Of a DNA stretch of 64,000 nucleotides, positions 1 through 15,000 are shown in pieces (position 1 is the first letter of the stretch; each line of letters opens with the position of its first letter). This stretch comes from Nitrospirales bacterium (lineage in GTDB: Bacteria > Nitrospirota > Nitrospiria > Nitrospirales > UBA8639): contig CBDBCZ010000016.1 of assembly GCA_965203295.1 (NCBI GenBank), positions 160,001 to 224,000 of the forward strand, written 5' to 3'. The notes beneath the pieces are model-generated. The model was not told where the DNA came from, searched no databases, and saw only the letters and a list, made by a program, of their open reading frames with translations. A program made the translations under genes and the position numbers.

Positions 1-3000
1 ATAGAAATACAGAGGCATAAAGACCAACCTATAAAAAACAGAAAAATAGGTAAACTCACCTGTTGAATTGTAGCTTCTGTCTGAATATGTTCCTTCAGGA
101 TAATTTTCTTCACTGGATATTCTACATATTTAGGAGAAATAGTTGTCAATATAATTGTAGGGTTTGGACACACCAGTATAAGTAGTAAGATTAGTCCAAT
201 TTCACTGTTCTTGGTCTCAAACTAACTCTCATAAAAAGAAACTACATACAATTTCTCTGACTCTCTTTATTAGCCGAGGGTTAGAATGTGTTCAAGATTT
301 AAAAGCTCATTTAGTTTTACTGGTGTTAGTTGGTCAAATACAATACAGGCTTAAGGAAGATAAGGTAAGCTTAGTACAATTTCAGAGTTGTTGGTCTCAC
401 ACTAACACTCTCCTAAAAAGAAACTAGATACCATTGTTCTGACTTGCTTCATTAGCCTAGGATTACAATGTGTTCAAGATTTAAAAGTTCATTTAGTTTG
501 GTTAGTGTTAGTTGGTCAAATACAATAAAGGCTTAAGAAGATAGAAATACAGAGGCATAAAGACCAATCTGTAAAAAACAGAAAAACCTATAAAAAACAG
601 AAAAATAGGTAAACTCACCAGTTGAATTGTAGCTTCTGTCAGAATATGTTCCTTCAGGTTAATTTTCTTCACTGGATATTCTACATATTTAGGAGAAATA
701 GTTGTCAATATAATTGTAGGGTTTGGACACACCAGTATAAGTAGTAAGATTAGTCCAATTTCACTGTTCTTGGTCTCAAACTAACTCTCATAAAAAGAAA
801 CTACATACAATTTCTCTGACTCTCTTTATTAGCCGAGGGTTAGAATGTGTTCAAGATTTAAAAGCTCATTTAGTTTTACTGGTGTTAGTTGGTCAAATAC
901 AATACAGGCTTAAGGAAGATAAGGTAAGCTTAGTACAATTTCAGAGTTGTTGGTCTCACACTAACACTCTCATAAAAAGAAACTAGATACCATTGTTCTG
1001 ACTTGCTTCATTAGCCTAGGATTACAATGTGTTCAAGATTTAAAAGTTCATTTAGTTTGGTTAGTGTTAGTTGGTCAAATACAATAAAGGCTTAAGAAGA
1101 TAGAAATACAGAGGCATAAAGACCAATCTGTAAAAAACAGAAAAATAGGTAAACTCACCTGTTGAATTGTAGCTTCTGTCTGAATATGTTCCTTCAGGAT
1201 AATTTTCTTCACTGGATATATCTACATATTTAGGAGAAATAGTTGTCAATATAATTGCAGGGTTTGGAGACACCAGTACAAGTAGTAAGATTAGTTCTAT
1301 TCCACTGTTCTTGGTCTCTCACTAACTCTCACAAAAAGAAACTACATACCATTTCTCTGACTTTCTTTATTAGCCTAGGGGTTAGAATGTGTTCTAGATT
1401 TAAAAGTTCATTTAGGTCGGCTGGTGTTAGTTTGTTAAATATAATACAGGCTTAAGGAAGATAAGGTAAGCTTAGTACAATTTCAGAGTTGTTGGTCTCA
1501 CACTAACACTATTTCTCTGACTCTCTTTATTAGCCTAGGGTTAGAATGTGTTCCAGATTTAAAAGCTCATTTAGTATGGCTGGTGTTAGTTGGTCAAATA
1601 CAATACAGGCTTAGGAAGATAGGGAAAGTTTAGCAAAATTTCAGTGTTCTTGGTCTCACACTAACACTCTCATCAAAAGAAACTAGTGGCCATTTTTCTG
1701 ACTTGCTTCAATAGCCTAGGATTACATTGTGTTCAAGATTTAAAAGTTCATTTAGTTTGGTTAGTGTTAGTTGATCAAATACAATAAAGGCTTAAGAAGA
1801 TAGAAATACAGAGGCATAAAGACCAACCTGTAAAAAACAGAAAAATAGGTAAACTCACCTGCTGAATTGTAGCTTCTGTCTGAATATGTTCCTTCAGGTT
1901 AATTTTCTTCACTGGATATTCTACATATTTAGGAGAAATAGTTGTCAATATAATTGTAGGGTTTGGACACACCAGTATAAGTAGTAAGATTAGTTCCATT
2001 TCACTGCTCTTGGTCTCTCACTAACTCTCATGAAAAGAAATTGTAGATACCATTTTTCTGACGCTATTAGCCTAGGGTTAGAATGTGTTCAAGATTTAAA
2101 AGCTCATTTATATTAGTTTCGCTGGTGTTAGTTGGTCAAATACATTACAGTCTTAGGGAAATAGGGAAATATTAGCAAAATTACAGTATTCTTGGTCTCA
2201 CACTAACACTCTCATAAAAAGAAACTAGATACCATTGTTCTGACTTGCTTCATTAGCCTAGGATTACAATGTGTTCAAGATTTAAAAGCTCTTTTAGTTT
2301 GGTTAGTTTTAGTTGGTCAAATACAATACAGGCTTAAGAAGATAGAAATACAGAGGCATAAAGACCAACCCATAAAAATAGAAAAATAGGTAAACTCACC
2401 TGTTGAACTGTAGCTTCTGTCTGAATATGTTCCTTCAGGTTAATTTTCTTCACTGGATATTCTAAATATTTAGGAGAAATAGCTGTCAATAGATTAGTCC
2501 AATTTCACTGTTCTTGGTCTCACACTAACTCTCATAAAAAGAAACTACATACAATTTCTCTGACTCTCTTTATTGGCCTAAGGTTAGAATGTGTTCGGGA
2601 TTTAAAAGTTCATTTAGTTTGGTTAGTGTTAGTGGGTCAAATACAATAAAGGCTTAAGAAGATAGAAATACAGAGGTATAAAGACCAACCAATAAAAACT
2701 GAAAAATATGTAAACTCACCTGTTGAATTGTAGCTTCTGTCTGAATATGTTCCTTCAGGATAGTTTTCTTCACTGGATATTCTACATATTTAGGAGAAAT
2801 AGTTGTCAATATAATTGTAGGGTTTGGACACACCAGTATAAGTAGTAAGATTAGTCCAATTTCACTGTTCTTGGTCTCACACTAACTCTCATAAAAAGAA
2901 ACTATACATACCATTTCTCTGACGCTATTAGCCTAGGGTTAGAATGTGTTCAAGATTTAAAAGCTCATTTACATTAGTTTCGCTGGTGTTAGTTGGTCAA

Positions 3001-6000
3001 ATACAATACAGTCTTAGGGAAATAGGGAAAGATTAGCAAAATTACAGTATTCTTGGTCTCACACTAACACTCTCATCAAAAGAAACTAGATACCATTGTT
3101 CTGACTTGCTTCATTAGCCTAGGATTACAATGTGTTCAAGATTTAAAAGCTCTTTTAGTTTGGTTAGTTTTAGTTGGTCAAATACAATACAGGCTTAAGA
3201 AGATAGAAATACAGAGGCATAAAGACCAACCCATAAAAAAACAGAAAATTAGGTAAACTCACCTGTTAAATTGTAGCTTCTGTCAGAATATGTTCCTTCA
3301 GGTTAATTTTCTTCACTGGATATTCTACATATTTAGGAGAAATAGTTGTCAATATAATTGTAGTGTTTGAACACACCAGTATAAGTAGTAAGATTAGTTC
3401 AATTTAACTGTTCTTGGTCTCTCACTAACTCTCATCAAAAGAAATTACATACCAATTCTCTTACTCTCTTTTTAGCCTAGGGTTAGAATGTGTTCAAGAT
3501 TTAAAAGCTCATTTAGTTTGGCTGGTGTTAGTTGATCAAATACAATACAGGCTTAGGAAGATAGGGTAAGATTAGGAAAATTTCAGAGTTCTTGGTCTCA
3601 CACAAACACACTCATAATAAGAAACTAGATACCATTTTTTTGACTTTCTTCATTAGCCTAGGATTACAATGTGTTCAAGATTTAAAAGCTCATTTAGTTT
3701 GGTTAGTTTTAGTTGGTCAAATACAATACAGGCTTAAGAAGATAGAAATACAGAGGCATAAAGACCAACCTGTAAAAACAGAAAAATAGGTAAACTCACC
3801 TGTTGAAATGTAGCTTCTGTCTGAATATGTTCCTTCAGATTAATTTTCTTCACTGGATATTCTACATATTTAGGAGAAATATCTGTTATTATAATTGTAG
3901 GGTTTGGAAACACCAGTACAAGTAGTAAGATTAGACCAATTTCAGTGTTCTTGGTCTCACACTAACTCTCATATAAAAAGAAACTACATACAATTTCACT
4001 GACTCTCTTTATTAGCCTAGGGTTAGAATGTGTTCAAGATTTAAAAGCTCATTTAGTTTGGTTAGTTTTAGTTGGTCAAATACAATACAGGTTTAAGAAG
4101 ATAAAAATACATAGGCATAAAGATCAACCTGTAAAAACAGAAAAAATTAATAGGTAAACTCACCTGTTGAACTGTAGCTTCTGTCTGAATATGTTCCTTC
4201 AGGTTAATTTTCTTCACTGGATATTCTACATATTTAGAAGAAATAGCTGTCAATATAATTATAGGGTTTGGACACACCAGTGTAAGTAGTAAGATTAGTC
4301 CAATTTCACTGTTCTTGGTCTCACACTAATTCTCATAAAAAGAAACTATACATACCATTTCTCTGACTTTCTTTATTAGCCTAGGGTTAGAATGTGTTCT
4401 AGATTTTAAAGTTCATTTAGTTTGGTTAGTGTTAGTTGGTCAAATACAATAAAGGCTTAAGAACATAGAAATACAGAAGTATAAAGACCAATCCATAAAA
4501 ACAGAAAAATATGTAAACTCACCTGTTGAATTGTAGCTTCTGTCTGAATATGTTCCTTCAGGATAATTTTCTTCACTGGATATTCTACATATTTAGGAGA
4601 AATAGTTGTCAATATAATTGTAGGGTTTGGACACACCAGTATAAGTAGTAAGATTAGTCCAATTTCACTGTTCTTGGTCTCACACTAATTCTCATAAAAA
4701 GAAACTATACATACCATTTCTCTGACTCTTTTAGCCTAGGGTTAGAATGTGTTCAAGATTTAAAAACTCATTTATATTAGTTTCGCTGGTGTTAGTTGGT
4801 CAAATACAATACAGTCTTAGGAAAATAGGAAAAGATTAGCAAAATTTCAGTGTTTTTGGTCTCACACTTACTCTCATAAAATGAAACTACATACAATTCC
4901 TCTGACTTTCTTTATTAGACTAGGGTTAGAATGTGTTCTAGATTTAAAAGTTCATTTAGTTTGGTTAGTGTTAGTTGGTCAAATACAATGCAGGCTTAAG
5001 AAGATAGAAATACAGAGGCATAAAGACCAACCTATAAAAAACAGAAAAATAGGTAAACTCACCTGTTGAATTGTAGCTTCTGTCAGAATATGTTCCTTCA
5101 GGTTAATTTTCTTCACTGGATATTCTACATATTTAGGAGAAATAGTTGTCAATATAATATTAGGGTTTGGACACACCAGTATAAGTAGTAAGATTAGTCC
5201 AATTTCACTGTTCTTGGTCTCAAACTAACTCTCATAAAAAGAAACTACATACAATTTCTCTGACTCTCTTTATTAGCCGAGGGTTAGAATGTGTTCAAGA
5301 TTTAAAAGCTCATTTAGTTTTACTGGTGTTAGTTGTTCAAATACAATACAGGCTTAAGGAAGATAAGGTAAGCTTAGTACAATTTCAGAGTTGTTGGTCT
5401 CACACTAACACTCTCATAAAAAGAAACTAGATACCATTGTTCTGACTTGCTTCATTAGCCTAGGATTACAATGTGTTCAAGATTTAAAAGTTCATTTAGT
5501 TTGGTTAGTGTTAGTTGGTCAAATACAATAAAGGCTTAAGAAGATAGAAATACAGAGGCATAAAGACCAATCTGTAAAAAACAGAAAAATAGGTAAACTC
5601 ACCTGTTGAATTGTAGCTTCTGTCTGAATATGTTCCTTCAGGATAATTTTCTTCACTGGATATTCTACATATTTAGGAGAAATAGTTGTCAATATAATTG
5701 TAGGGTTTGGACACACCAGTACAAGTAGTAAGATTAGTTCTATTTCACTGTTCTTGGTCTCTCACTAACTCTCACAAAAAGAAACTACATACCATTTCTC
5801 TGACTTTCTTTATTAGCCTAGGGTTAGAATGTGTTCTAGATTTAAAAGCTCATTTAGGTCGGCTGGTGTTAGTTGGTTAAATATAATACAGGCTTAAGGA
5901 AGATAAGGTAAGCTTAGTACAATTTCAGAATTGTTGGTCTCACACTAACACTCTCATCAAAAGAAACTAGATACCAATTCTCTGACTCTCTTTATTAGCC

Positions 6001-9000
6001 TAGGTTTAGAATGTGTTCAAGATTTAAATGCTCATTTAGATTGGCTGGTGTTAGTTGGTCAAATACAATAAAGGCTTAAGAAGATAGAAATACTGAGGCA
6101 TAAAAACCAACCTGTTAAAAAAAGAAAAATAGGTAAACTCACCTGCTGAATTGTAGCTTCTGTATGAATATGTTCCTTCAGGTTAATTTTCTTCACAGTA
6201 TATTCTACATATTTAGGAGAAATAGCTGTCAATATAATTGTAGGGTTTGGACACACCAGTATAAGTAGTAAGATTAATCCAATTTCACTGTTCTTGGTCT
6301 CTCACTAACTCTCATCAAAAGAAACTACTTACCAATTCTCTTACTCTCTTTTTAGCCTAGGGTTAGAATGTGTTCAAGATTTAAAAGCTCATTTAGTTTG
6401 GCTGGTGTTAGTTGATCAAATACAATACAGGCTTAGGAAGATAGGGTAAGATTAGAAAAATTTCAGAGTTCTTGGTCTCACACAAACACACTCATAATAA
6501 GAAACTAGATACCATTTTTTTTGACTTTCTTCATTAGCCTAGGATTACAATGTGTTCAAGATTTAAAAGCTCATTTAGTTTGGTTAGTTTTAGTTGGTCA
6601 AATACAATACAGGCTTAAGAAGATAGAAATACAGAGGCATAAAGACCAACCTGTAAAAACAGAAAAATAGGTAAACTCACCTGTTGAAATGTAGCTTCTG
6701 TCTGAATATGTTCCTTCAGGTTAATTTTCTTCACTGGATATTCTACATATTTAGGAGAAATAGCTGTTAATACAATTGTAGGGTTTGGAAACACCAGTAC
6801 AAGTAGTAAGATTAGACCAATTTCAGTGTTATTGGTCTCACACTAACTCTCATAAAAAGAAACTACATACAATTTCACTGACTCTCTTTATTAGCCTAGG
6901 GTTAGAATGTGTTCAAGATTTAAAAGCTCATTTAGTTTGGTTAGTTTTAGTTGGTCAAATACAATAAAGGTTTAAGAAGATAGAAATACATAGGCATAAA
7001 GATCAACCTGCAAAAAACAGAAAAATAGGTAAACTCACTTGTTGAATTGTAGCTTCTGTCAGAATATGTTCCTTCAGGTTAATTTTCTTCACTGGATATT
7101 CTACATATTTAGGAGAAATAGTTGTCAATATAATTGTAGGGTTTGGACACACCAGTATAAGTAGTAAGATTAGTCCAATTTCACTGTTCTTGGTCTCAAA
7201 CTAACTCTCATAAAAAGAAACTACATACAATTTCTCTGACTCTCTTTATTAGCCGAGGGTTAGAATGTGTTCAAGATTTAAAAGCTCATTTAGTTTTACT
7301 GGTGTTAGTTGGTCAAATACAATACAGGCTTAAGGAAGATAAGGTAAGCTTAGTACAATTTCAGAGTTGTTGGTCTCACACTAACACTCTCATAAAAAGA
7401 AACTAGACACCATTGTTCTGACTTGCTTCATTAGCCTAGGATTACAATGTGTTCAAGATTTAAAAGTTCATTTAGTTTGGTTAGTGTTAGTTGGTCAAAT
7501 ACAATAAAGGCTTAAGAAGATAGAAATACAGAGGCATAAAGACCAATCTGTAAAAAACAGAAAAATAGGTAAACTCACCTGTTGAATTGTAGCTTCTGTC
7601 TGAATATGTTCCTTCAGGATAATTTTCTTCACTGGATATTCTACATATTTAGGAGAAATAGTTGTCAATATAATTGTAGGGTTTGGACACACCAGTACAA
7701 GTAGTAAGATTAGTTCTATTTCACTGTTCTTGGTCTCTCACTAAATCTCACAAAAAGAAACTACATACCATTTCTCTGACTTTCTTTATTAGCCTAGGGT
7801 TAGAATGTGTTCTAGATTTAAAAGCTCATTTAGGTCGGCTGGTGTTAGTTGGTTAAATATAATACAGGCTTAAGGAAGATAAGGTAAGCTTAGTACAATT
7901 TCAGAGTTGTTGGTCTCACACTAACACTCTCATCAAAAGAAACTAGATACCAATTCTCTGACTCTCTTTATTAGCCTAGGTTTAGAATGTGTTCAAGATT
8001 TAAATGCTCATTTAGATTGCCTGGTGTTAGTTGGTCAAATACAATAAAGGCTTAAGAAGATAGAAATACTGAGGCATAAAAACCAACCTGTTAAAAAAAG
8101 AAAAATAGGTAAACTCACCTGCTGAATTGTAGCTTCTGTATGAATATGTTCCTTCAGGTTAATTTTCTTCACAGGATATTCTACATATTTAGGAGAAATA
8201 GCTGTCAATATAATTGTAGGGTTTGGACACACCAGTATAAGTAGTGAGATTAATCCAATTTCACTGTTCTTGGTCTCTCACTAACTCTCATCAAAAGAAA
8301 CTACATACCAATTCTCTTACTCTTTTTTTAGCCTAGGGTTAGAATGTGTTCAAGATTTAAAAGCTCATTTAGTTTGGCTGGTGTTAGTTGATCAAATACA
8401 ATACAGGCTTAGGAAGATAGGGTAAGATTAGAAAAATTTCAGAGTTCTTGGTCTCACACAAACACACTCATAATAAGAAACTAGATACCATTTTTTTGAC
8501 TTTCTTCATTAGCCTAGGATTACAATGTGTTCAAGATTTAAAAGCTCATTTAGTTTGGTTAGTTTTAGTTGGTCAAATACAATACAGGCTTAAGAAGATA
8601 GAAATACAGAGGCATAAAGACCAACCTGTAAAAACAGAAAAATAGGTAAACTCACCTGTTGAAATGTAGCTTCTGTCTGAATATGTTCCTTCAGGTTAAT
8701 TTTCTTCACTGGATATTCTACATATTTAGGAGAAATAGCTGTTAATATAATTGTAGGGTTTGGAAACACCAGTACAAGTAGTAAGATTAGACCAATTTCA
8801 GTGTTATTGGTCTCACACTAACTCTCATAAAAAGAAACTACATACAATTTCACTGACTCTCTTTATTAGCCTAGGGTTAGAATGTGTTCAAGATTTAAAA
8901 GCTCATTTAGTTTGGTTAGTTTTAGTTGGTCAAATACAATACAGGTTTAAGAAGATAGAAATACATAGGCATAAAGATCAACCTGTAAAAACAGAAAAAA

Positions 9001-12000
9001 TTAATAGGTAAACTCACCTGTTGAACTGTAGCTTCTGTCTGAATATGTTCCTTCAGGTTAATTTTCTTCACTGGATATTCTACATATTTAGAAGAAATAG
9101 CTGTCAATATAATTGTAGGGTTTAGACACACCAGTATAAGTAGTAAGATTAGTCCAATTTCACTGTTCTTGGTCTCAAACTAACTCTCATAAAAAGAAAC
9201 TACATACAATTTCTCTGACTTTCTTTATTAGCCTAGGGTTAGAATGTGTTCTAGATTTTAAAGTTCATTTAGTTTGGTTAGTGTTAGTTGGTCAAATACA
9301 ATAAAGGCTTAAGAAGATAGAAATACAGAGGTATAAAGACCAATCCATAAAAACAGAAAAATATGTAAACTCACCTGTTGAATTGTAGCTTCTGTCTGAA
9401 TATGTTCCTTCAGGATAATTTTCTTCACTGGATATTCTACATATTTAGGAGAAATAGTTGTCAATATAATTGTAGGGTTTGGACACACCAGTATAAGTAG
9501 TAAGATTAGTCCAATTTCACTGTTCTTGGTCTCACACTAATTCTCATAAAAAGAAACTATACATACCATTTCTCTGACTCTATTAGCCTAGGGTTAAAAT
9601 GTGTTCAAGATTTAAAAGCTCATTTATATTAGTTTCGCTGGTGTTAGTTAGTCAAATACAATACAGTCTTAGGAAAATAGGGAAAGATTAGCAAAATTTC
9701 AGTGTTCTTGGTCTCACACTAACTCTCATAAAAAGAAACTACATACAATTTCTCTGACTTTCTTTATTAGCCTAGGGTTAGAATGTGTTCTAGATTTTAA
9801 AGTTCATTTAGTTTGGTTAGTGTTAGTTGGTCAAATACAATAAAGGCTTAAGAAGATAGAAATACAGAGGTATAAAGACCAATCCATAAAAACAGAAAAA
9901 TATGTAAACTCACCTGTTGAATTGTAGCTTCTGTCTGAATATGTTCCTTCAGGATAATTTTCTTCACTGGATGTTCTACATATTTAGGAGAAATAGTTGT
10001 CAATATAATTGTAGGGTTTGGACACACCAGTATAAGTAGTAAGATTAGTCCAATTTCACTGTTCTTGGTCTCACACTAATTCTCATAAAAAGAAACTATA
10101 CATACCATTTCTCTGACTCTATTAGCCTAGGGTTAGAACGTGTTCAAGATTTAAAAGCTCATTTATATAAGTTTCGCTGGTGTTAGTTGGTCAAATACAA
10201 TACAGTCTTAGGAAAATAGGGAAAGATTAGAAAAATTTCAGTGTTCTTGGTCTCACACAAACTCTCATAAAAAGAAACTACATACAATTCCTCTGACTTT
10301 CTTTATTAGACTAGGGTTAGAATGTGTTCAAGATTTAAAAGTTCATTTAGTTTGGTTAGTGTTAGTTGGTCAAATACAATGCAGGCTTAAGAAGATAGAA
10401 ATACAGAGGCATAAAGACCAATCTATAAAAAACAGAAAAATAGGTAAACTCACCTGTTGAATTGTAGCTTCTGTCTGAATATGTTCCTTCAGGATAATTT
10501 TCTTCACTGGATATTCTACATATTTCGGAGAAATAGTTGTCAATATAATTGTAGGGTTTGGACACACCAGTATAAGTAGTAGGATTAGTCCAATTTCAGT
10601 GTTATTGGTCTCACACTAACTCTCATAAAAAGAAACTACATACAATTTCACTGACTCTCTTTATTAGCCTAGGGTTAGAATGTGTTCAAGATTTAAAAGT
10701 TCATTTAGTTTGGTTAGTGTTAGTTGGTCAAATACAATACAGGCTTAAGAAGATAGAAATACAGAGGCATAAAGACCAACCTGTAAAAACAGAAAAATAG
10801 GTAAACTCACCTGTTGAAATGTAGCTTCTGTCTGAATATGTTCCTTCAGGTTAATTTTCTTCACTGGATATTCTACATATTTAGGAGAAATAGCTGTTAT
10901 TATAATTGTAGGGTTTGGAAACACCAGTACAAGTAGTAAGATTAGACCAATTTCAGTGTTATTGGTCTCACACTAACTCTCATAAAAAGAAACTACATAC
11001 AATTTCACTGACTCTATTTATTAGCCTAGGGTTAGAATGTGTTCAAGATTTAAAAGCTCATTTAGTTTGGTTAGTTTTAGTTGGTCAAATACAATACAGG
11101 TTTAAGAAGATAGAAATACATAGGCATAAAGATCAACCTGTAAAAACAGAAAAAATTAATAGGTAAACTCACCTGTTGAACTGTAGCTTCTGTCTGAATA
11201 TGTTCCTTCAGGTTAATTTTCTTCACTGGATATTCTACATATTTAGAAGAAATAGCTGTCAATATAATTGTAGGGTTTAGACACACCAGTATAAGTAGAA
11301 AGATTAGTCCAATTTCACTGTTCTTGGTCTCAAACTAACTCTCATAAAAAGAAACTACATACAATTTCTCTGACTTTTTTTATTAGCCTAGGGTTAGAAT
11401 GTGTTCTAGATTTTAAAGTTCATTTAGTTTGGTTAGTGTTAGTTGGTCAAATACAATAAAGGCTTAAGAAGATAGAAATACAGAGGTATAAAGACCAATC
11501 CATAAAAACAGAAAAATATGTAAACTCACCTGTTGAATTGTAGCTTCTGTCTGAATATGTTCCTTCAGGATAATTTTCTTCACTGGATATTCTACATATT
11601 TAGGAGAAATAGTTGTCAATATAATTGTAGGGTTTGGACACACCAGTATAAGTAGTAAGATTAGTCCAATTTCACTGTTCTTGGTCTCACACTAATTCTC
11701 ATAAAAAGAAACTATACATACCATTTCTCTGACTCTATTAGCCTAGGGTTAGAACGTGTTCAAGATTTAAAAGCTCATTTATATAAGTTTCGCTGGTGTT
11801 AGTTGGTCAAATACAATACAGTCTTAGGAAAATAGGGAAAGATTAGAAAAATTTCAGTGTTCTTGGTCTCACACAAACTCTCATAAAAAGAAACTACATA
11901 CAATTCCTCTGACTTTCTTTATTAGACTAGGGTTAGAATGTGTTCAAGATTTAAAAGTTCATTTAGTTTGGTTAGTGTTAGTTGGTCAAATACAATGCAG

Positions 12001-15000
12001 GCTTAAGAAGATAGAAATACAGAGGCATAAAGACCAACCTATAAAAAACAGAAAAATAGGTAAACTCACCTGTTGAATTGTAGCTTCTGTCTGAATATGT
12101 TCCTTCAGGATAATTTTCTTCACTGGATATTCTACATATTTAGGAGAAATAGTTGTCAATATAATTGTAGGGTTTGGACACACCAGTATAAGTAGTAAGA
12201 TTAGTCCAATTTCAGTGTTATTGGTCTCACACTAATTCTCATAAAAAGAAACCATACATACCATTTCTCTGACTCTATTAGCCTAGGGTTAGAACGTGTT
12301 CAAGATTTAAAAGCTCATTTATATAAGTTTCGCTGGTGTTAGTTGGTCAAATACAATAAAGTCTTAGGAAAATAGGGAAAGATTAGAAAAATTTCAGTGT
12401 TCTTGGTCTCACACAAACTCTCATAAAAAGAAACTACATACAATTCCTCTGACTTTCTTTATTAGACTAGGGTTAGAATGTGTTCAAGATTTAAAAGTTC
12501 ATTTAGTTTGGTTAGTGTTAGTTGGCCAAATACAATGCAGGCTTAAGAAGATAGAAATACAGAGGCATAAAGACCAACCTATAAAAAACAGAAAAATAGG
12601 TAAACTCACCTGTTGAATTGTAGCTTCTGTCTGAATATGTTCCTTCAGGATAATTTTCTTCACTGGATATTCTACATATTTAGGAGAAATAGTTGTCAAT
12701 ATAATTGTAGGGTTTGGACACACCAGTGTAAGTAGTAAGATTAGTCCAATTTCACTGTTCTTGGTCTCACACTAATTCTCATAAAAAGAAACTATACATA
12801 CCATTTCTCTGACTCTTTTAGCCTAGGGTTAGAATGTGTTCAAGATTTAAAAACTCATTTATATTAGTTTCGCTGGTGTTAGTTGGTCAAATACAATACA
12901 GTCTTAGGAAAATAGGAAAAGATTAGCAAAATTTCAGTGTTCTTGGTCTCACACTAACTCTCATAAAAAGAAACTACATACAATTCCTCTGACTTTCTTT
13001 ATTAGACTAGGGTTAGAATGTGTTCAAGATTTAAAAGTTCATTTAGTTTGGTTAGTGTTAGTTGGTCAAATACAATGCAGGCTTAAGATGATAGAAATAC
13101 AGAGGCATAACGACCAACCTATAAAAAACAGAAAAATAGGTAAACTCACCAGTTGAATTGTAGCTTCTGTCTGAATATGTTCCTTCAGGATAATTTTCTT
13201 CACTGGATATTCTACATATTTAGGAGAAATTGTTGTCAATATAATTGTAGGGTTTGGACACACCAGTATAAGTAGTAAGATTAGTCCAATTTCACTGTTC
13301 TTGGTCTCAAACTAACTCTCATAAAAAGAAACTACATACCATTTCTCTGACTTTCTTTATTAGCCTAGGGTTAGAATGTGTTCTAGATTTAAAAGTTCAT
13401 TTAGGTCGGCTGGTGTTAGTTGGTTAAATATAATACAGGCTTAAGGAAGATAAGGTAAGCTTAGTACAATTTCAGAGTTGTTGGTCTCACACTAACACTC
13501 TCATCAAAAGAAACTTGATACCAATTCTCTGACTCTTTATTAGCCTAGGTTTAGAATGTGTTCAAGATTTAAAAGCTCATTTAGTTTGGTTAGTTTTAGT
13601 TGGTCAAATACAATAAAGGCTTAAGAAGATAGAAATACTGAGGCATAAAAACCAACCTGTTAAAAAAAGAAAAATAGCTAAACTCACCTGCTGAATTGTA
13701 GTTTCTGTCTGAATATGTTCCTTCAGGTTAATTTTCTTCACTGGATATTCAACATATTTAGGAGAAATAGTTGTCAATATAATTGTAGGGTTTGGACACA
13801 CCAGTATAAGTAGTAAGATTAGTTCAATTTCACTGCTCTTGGTCTCTCACTAACTCTCATAAAAAGAAACTACATACCATTTCTCTGACTCTCTTTATTA
13901 GCCTAGGGTTAGAATGTGTTCCAGATTTAAAAGCTCATTTAGTATGGCTGGTGTTAGTTGGTCAAATACAATACAGGCTTAGGAAGATAGGGAAAGTTTA
14001 GCAAAATTTCAGTGTTCTTGGTCTCACACTAACACTCTCATCAAAAGAAAATAGTGGCCATTTTTCTGACTTGCTTCAATAGCCTAGGATTACATTGTGT
14101 TCAAGATTTAAAAGTTCATTTAGTTTGGTTAGTGTTAGTTGGTCAAATACAATAAAGGCTTAAGAAGATAGAAATACAGAGGCATAAAGACCAACCTGTA
14201 AAAAACAGAAAAATAGGTAAACTCACCTGCTGAATTGTAGCTTCTGTCTGAATATGTTCCTTCAGGTTAATTTTCTTTACTGGATATTCAACATATTTAG
14301 GAGAAATAGTTGTCAATATAATTGTAGGGTTTGGACACACCAGTATAAGTAGTAAGATTAGTTCCATTTCACTGCTCTTGGTCTCTCACTAACTCTCATG
14401 AAAAGAAATTGTAGATACCATTTTTCTGACGCTATTAGCCTAGTGTTAGAATGTGTTCAAGATTTAAAAGCTCATTTATATTAGTTTCGCTGGTGTTAGT
14501 TGGTCAAATACATTACAGTCTTACGGAAATAGGGAAAGATTAGCAAAATTACAGTATTCTTGGTCTCACACTAACACTCTCATAAAAAGAAACTAGATAC
14601 CATTGTTCTGACTTGCTTCATTAGCCTAGGATTACAATGTGTTCAAGATTTAAAAGCTCTTTTAGTTTGGTTAGTTTTAGTTGGTCAAATACAATACAGG
14701 CTTAAGAAGATAGAAATACAGAGGTATAAAGACCAACCCATAAAAATAGAAAAATAGGTAAACTCACCTGTTGAACTGTAGCTTCTGTCTGAATATGTTC
14801 CTTCAGGTTAATTTTCTTCACTGGATATTCTACAAATTTAGGAGAAATAGCTGTCAATATAATTGTAGGGTTTGGACACACCAGTATAAGTAGTAAGATT
14901 AGTCCAATTTTACTGTTCTTGATCTCAAACTAAGTCTCATAAAAAGAAACTACATACAATTTCTCTGACTTTCTTTATTAGCCTAGGGTTAGAATGTGTT

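Noticed and set aside
1535..1544. Interstitial telomeric array
   Set aside because: There are only isolated TAGGGTTAG 9-mers per monomer and no tandem (TTAGGG)n.
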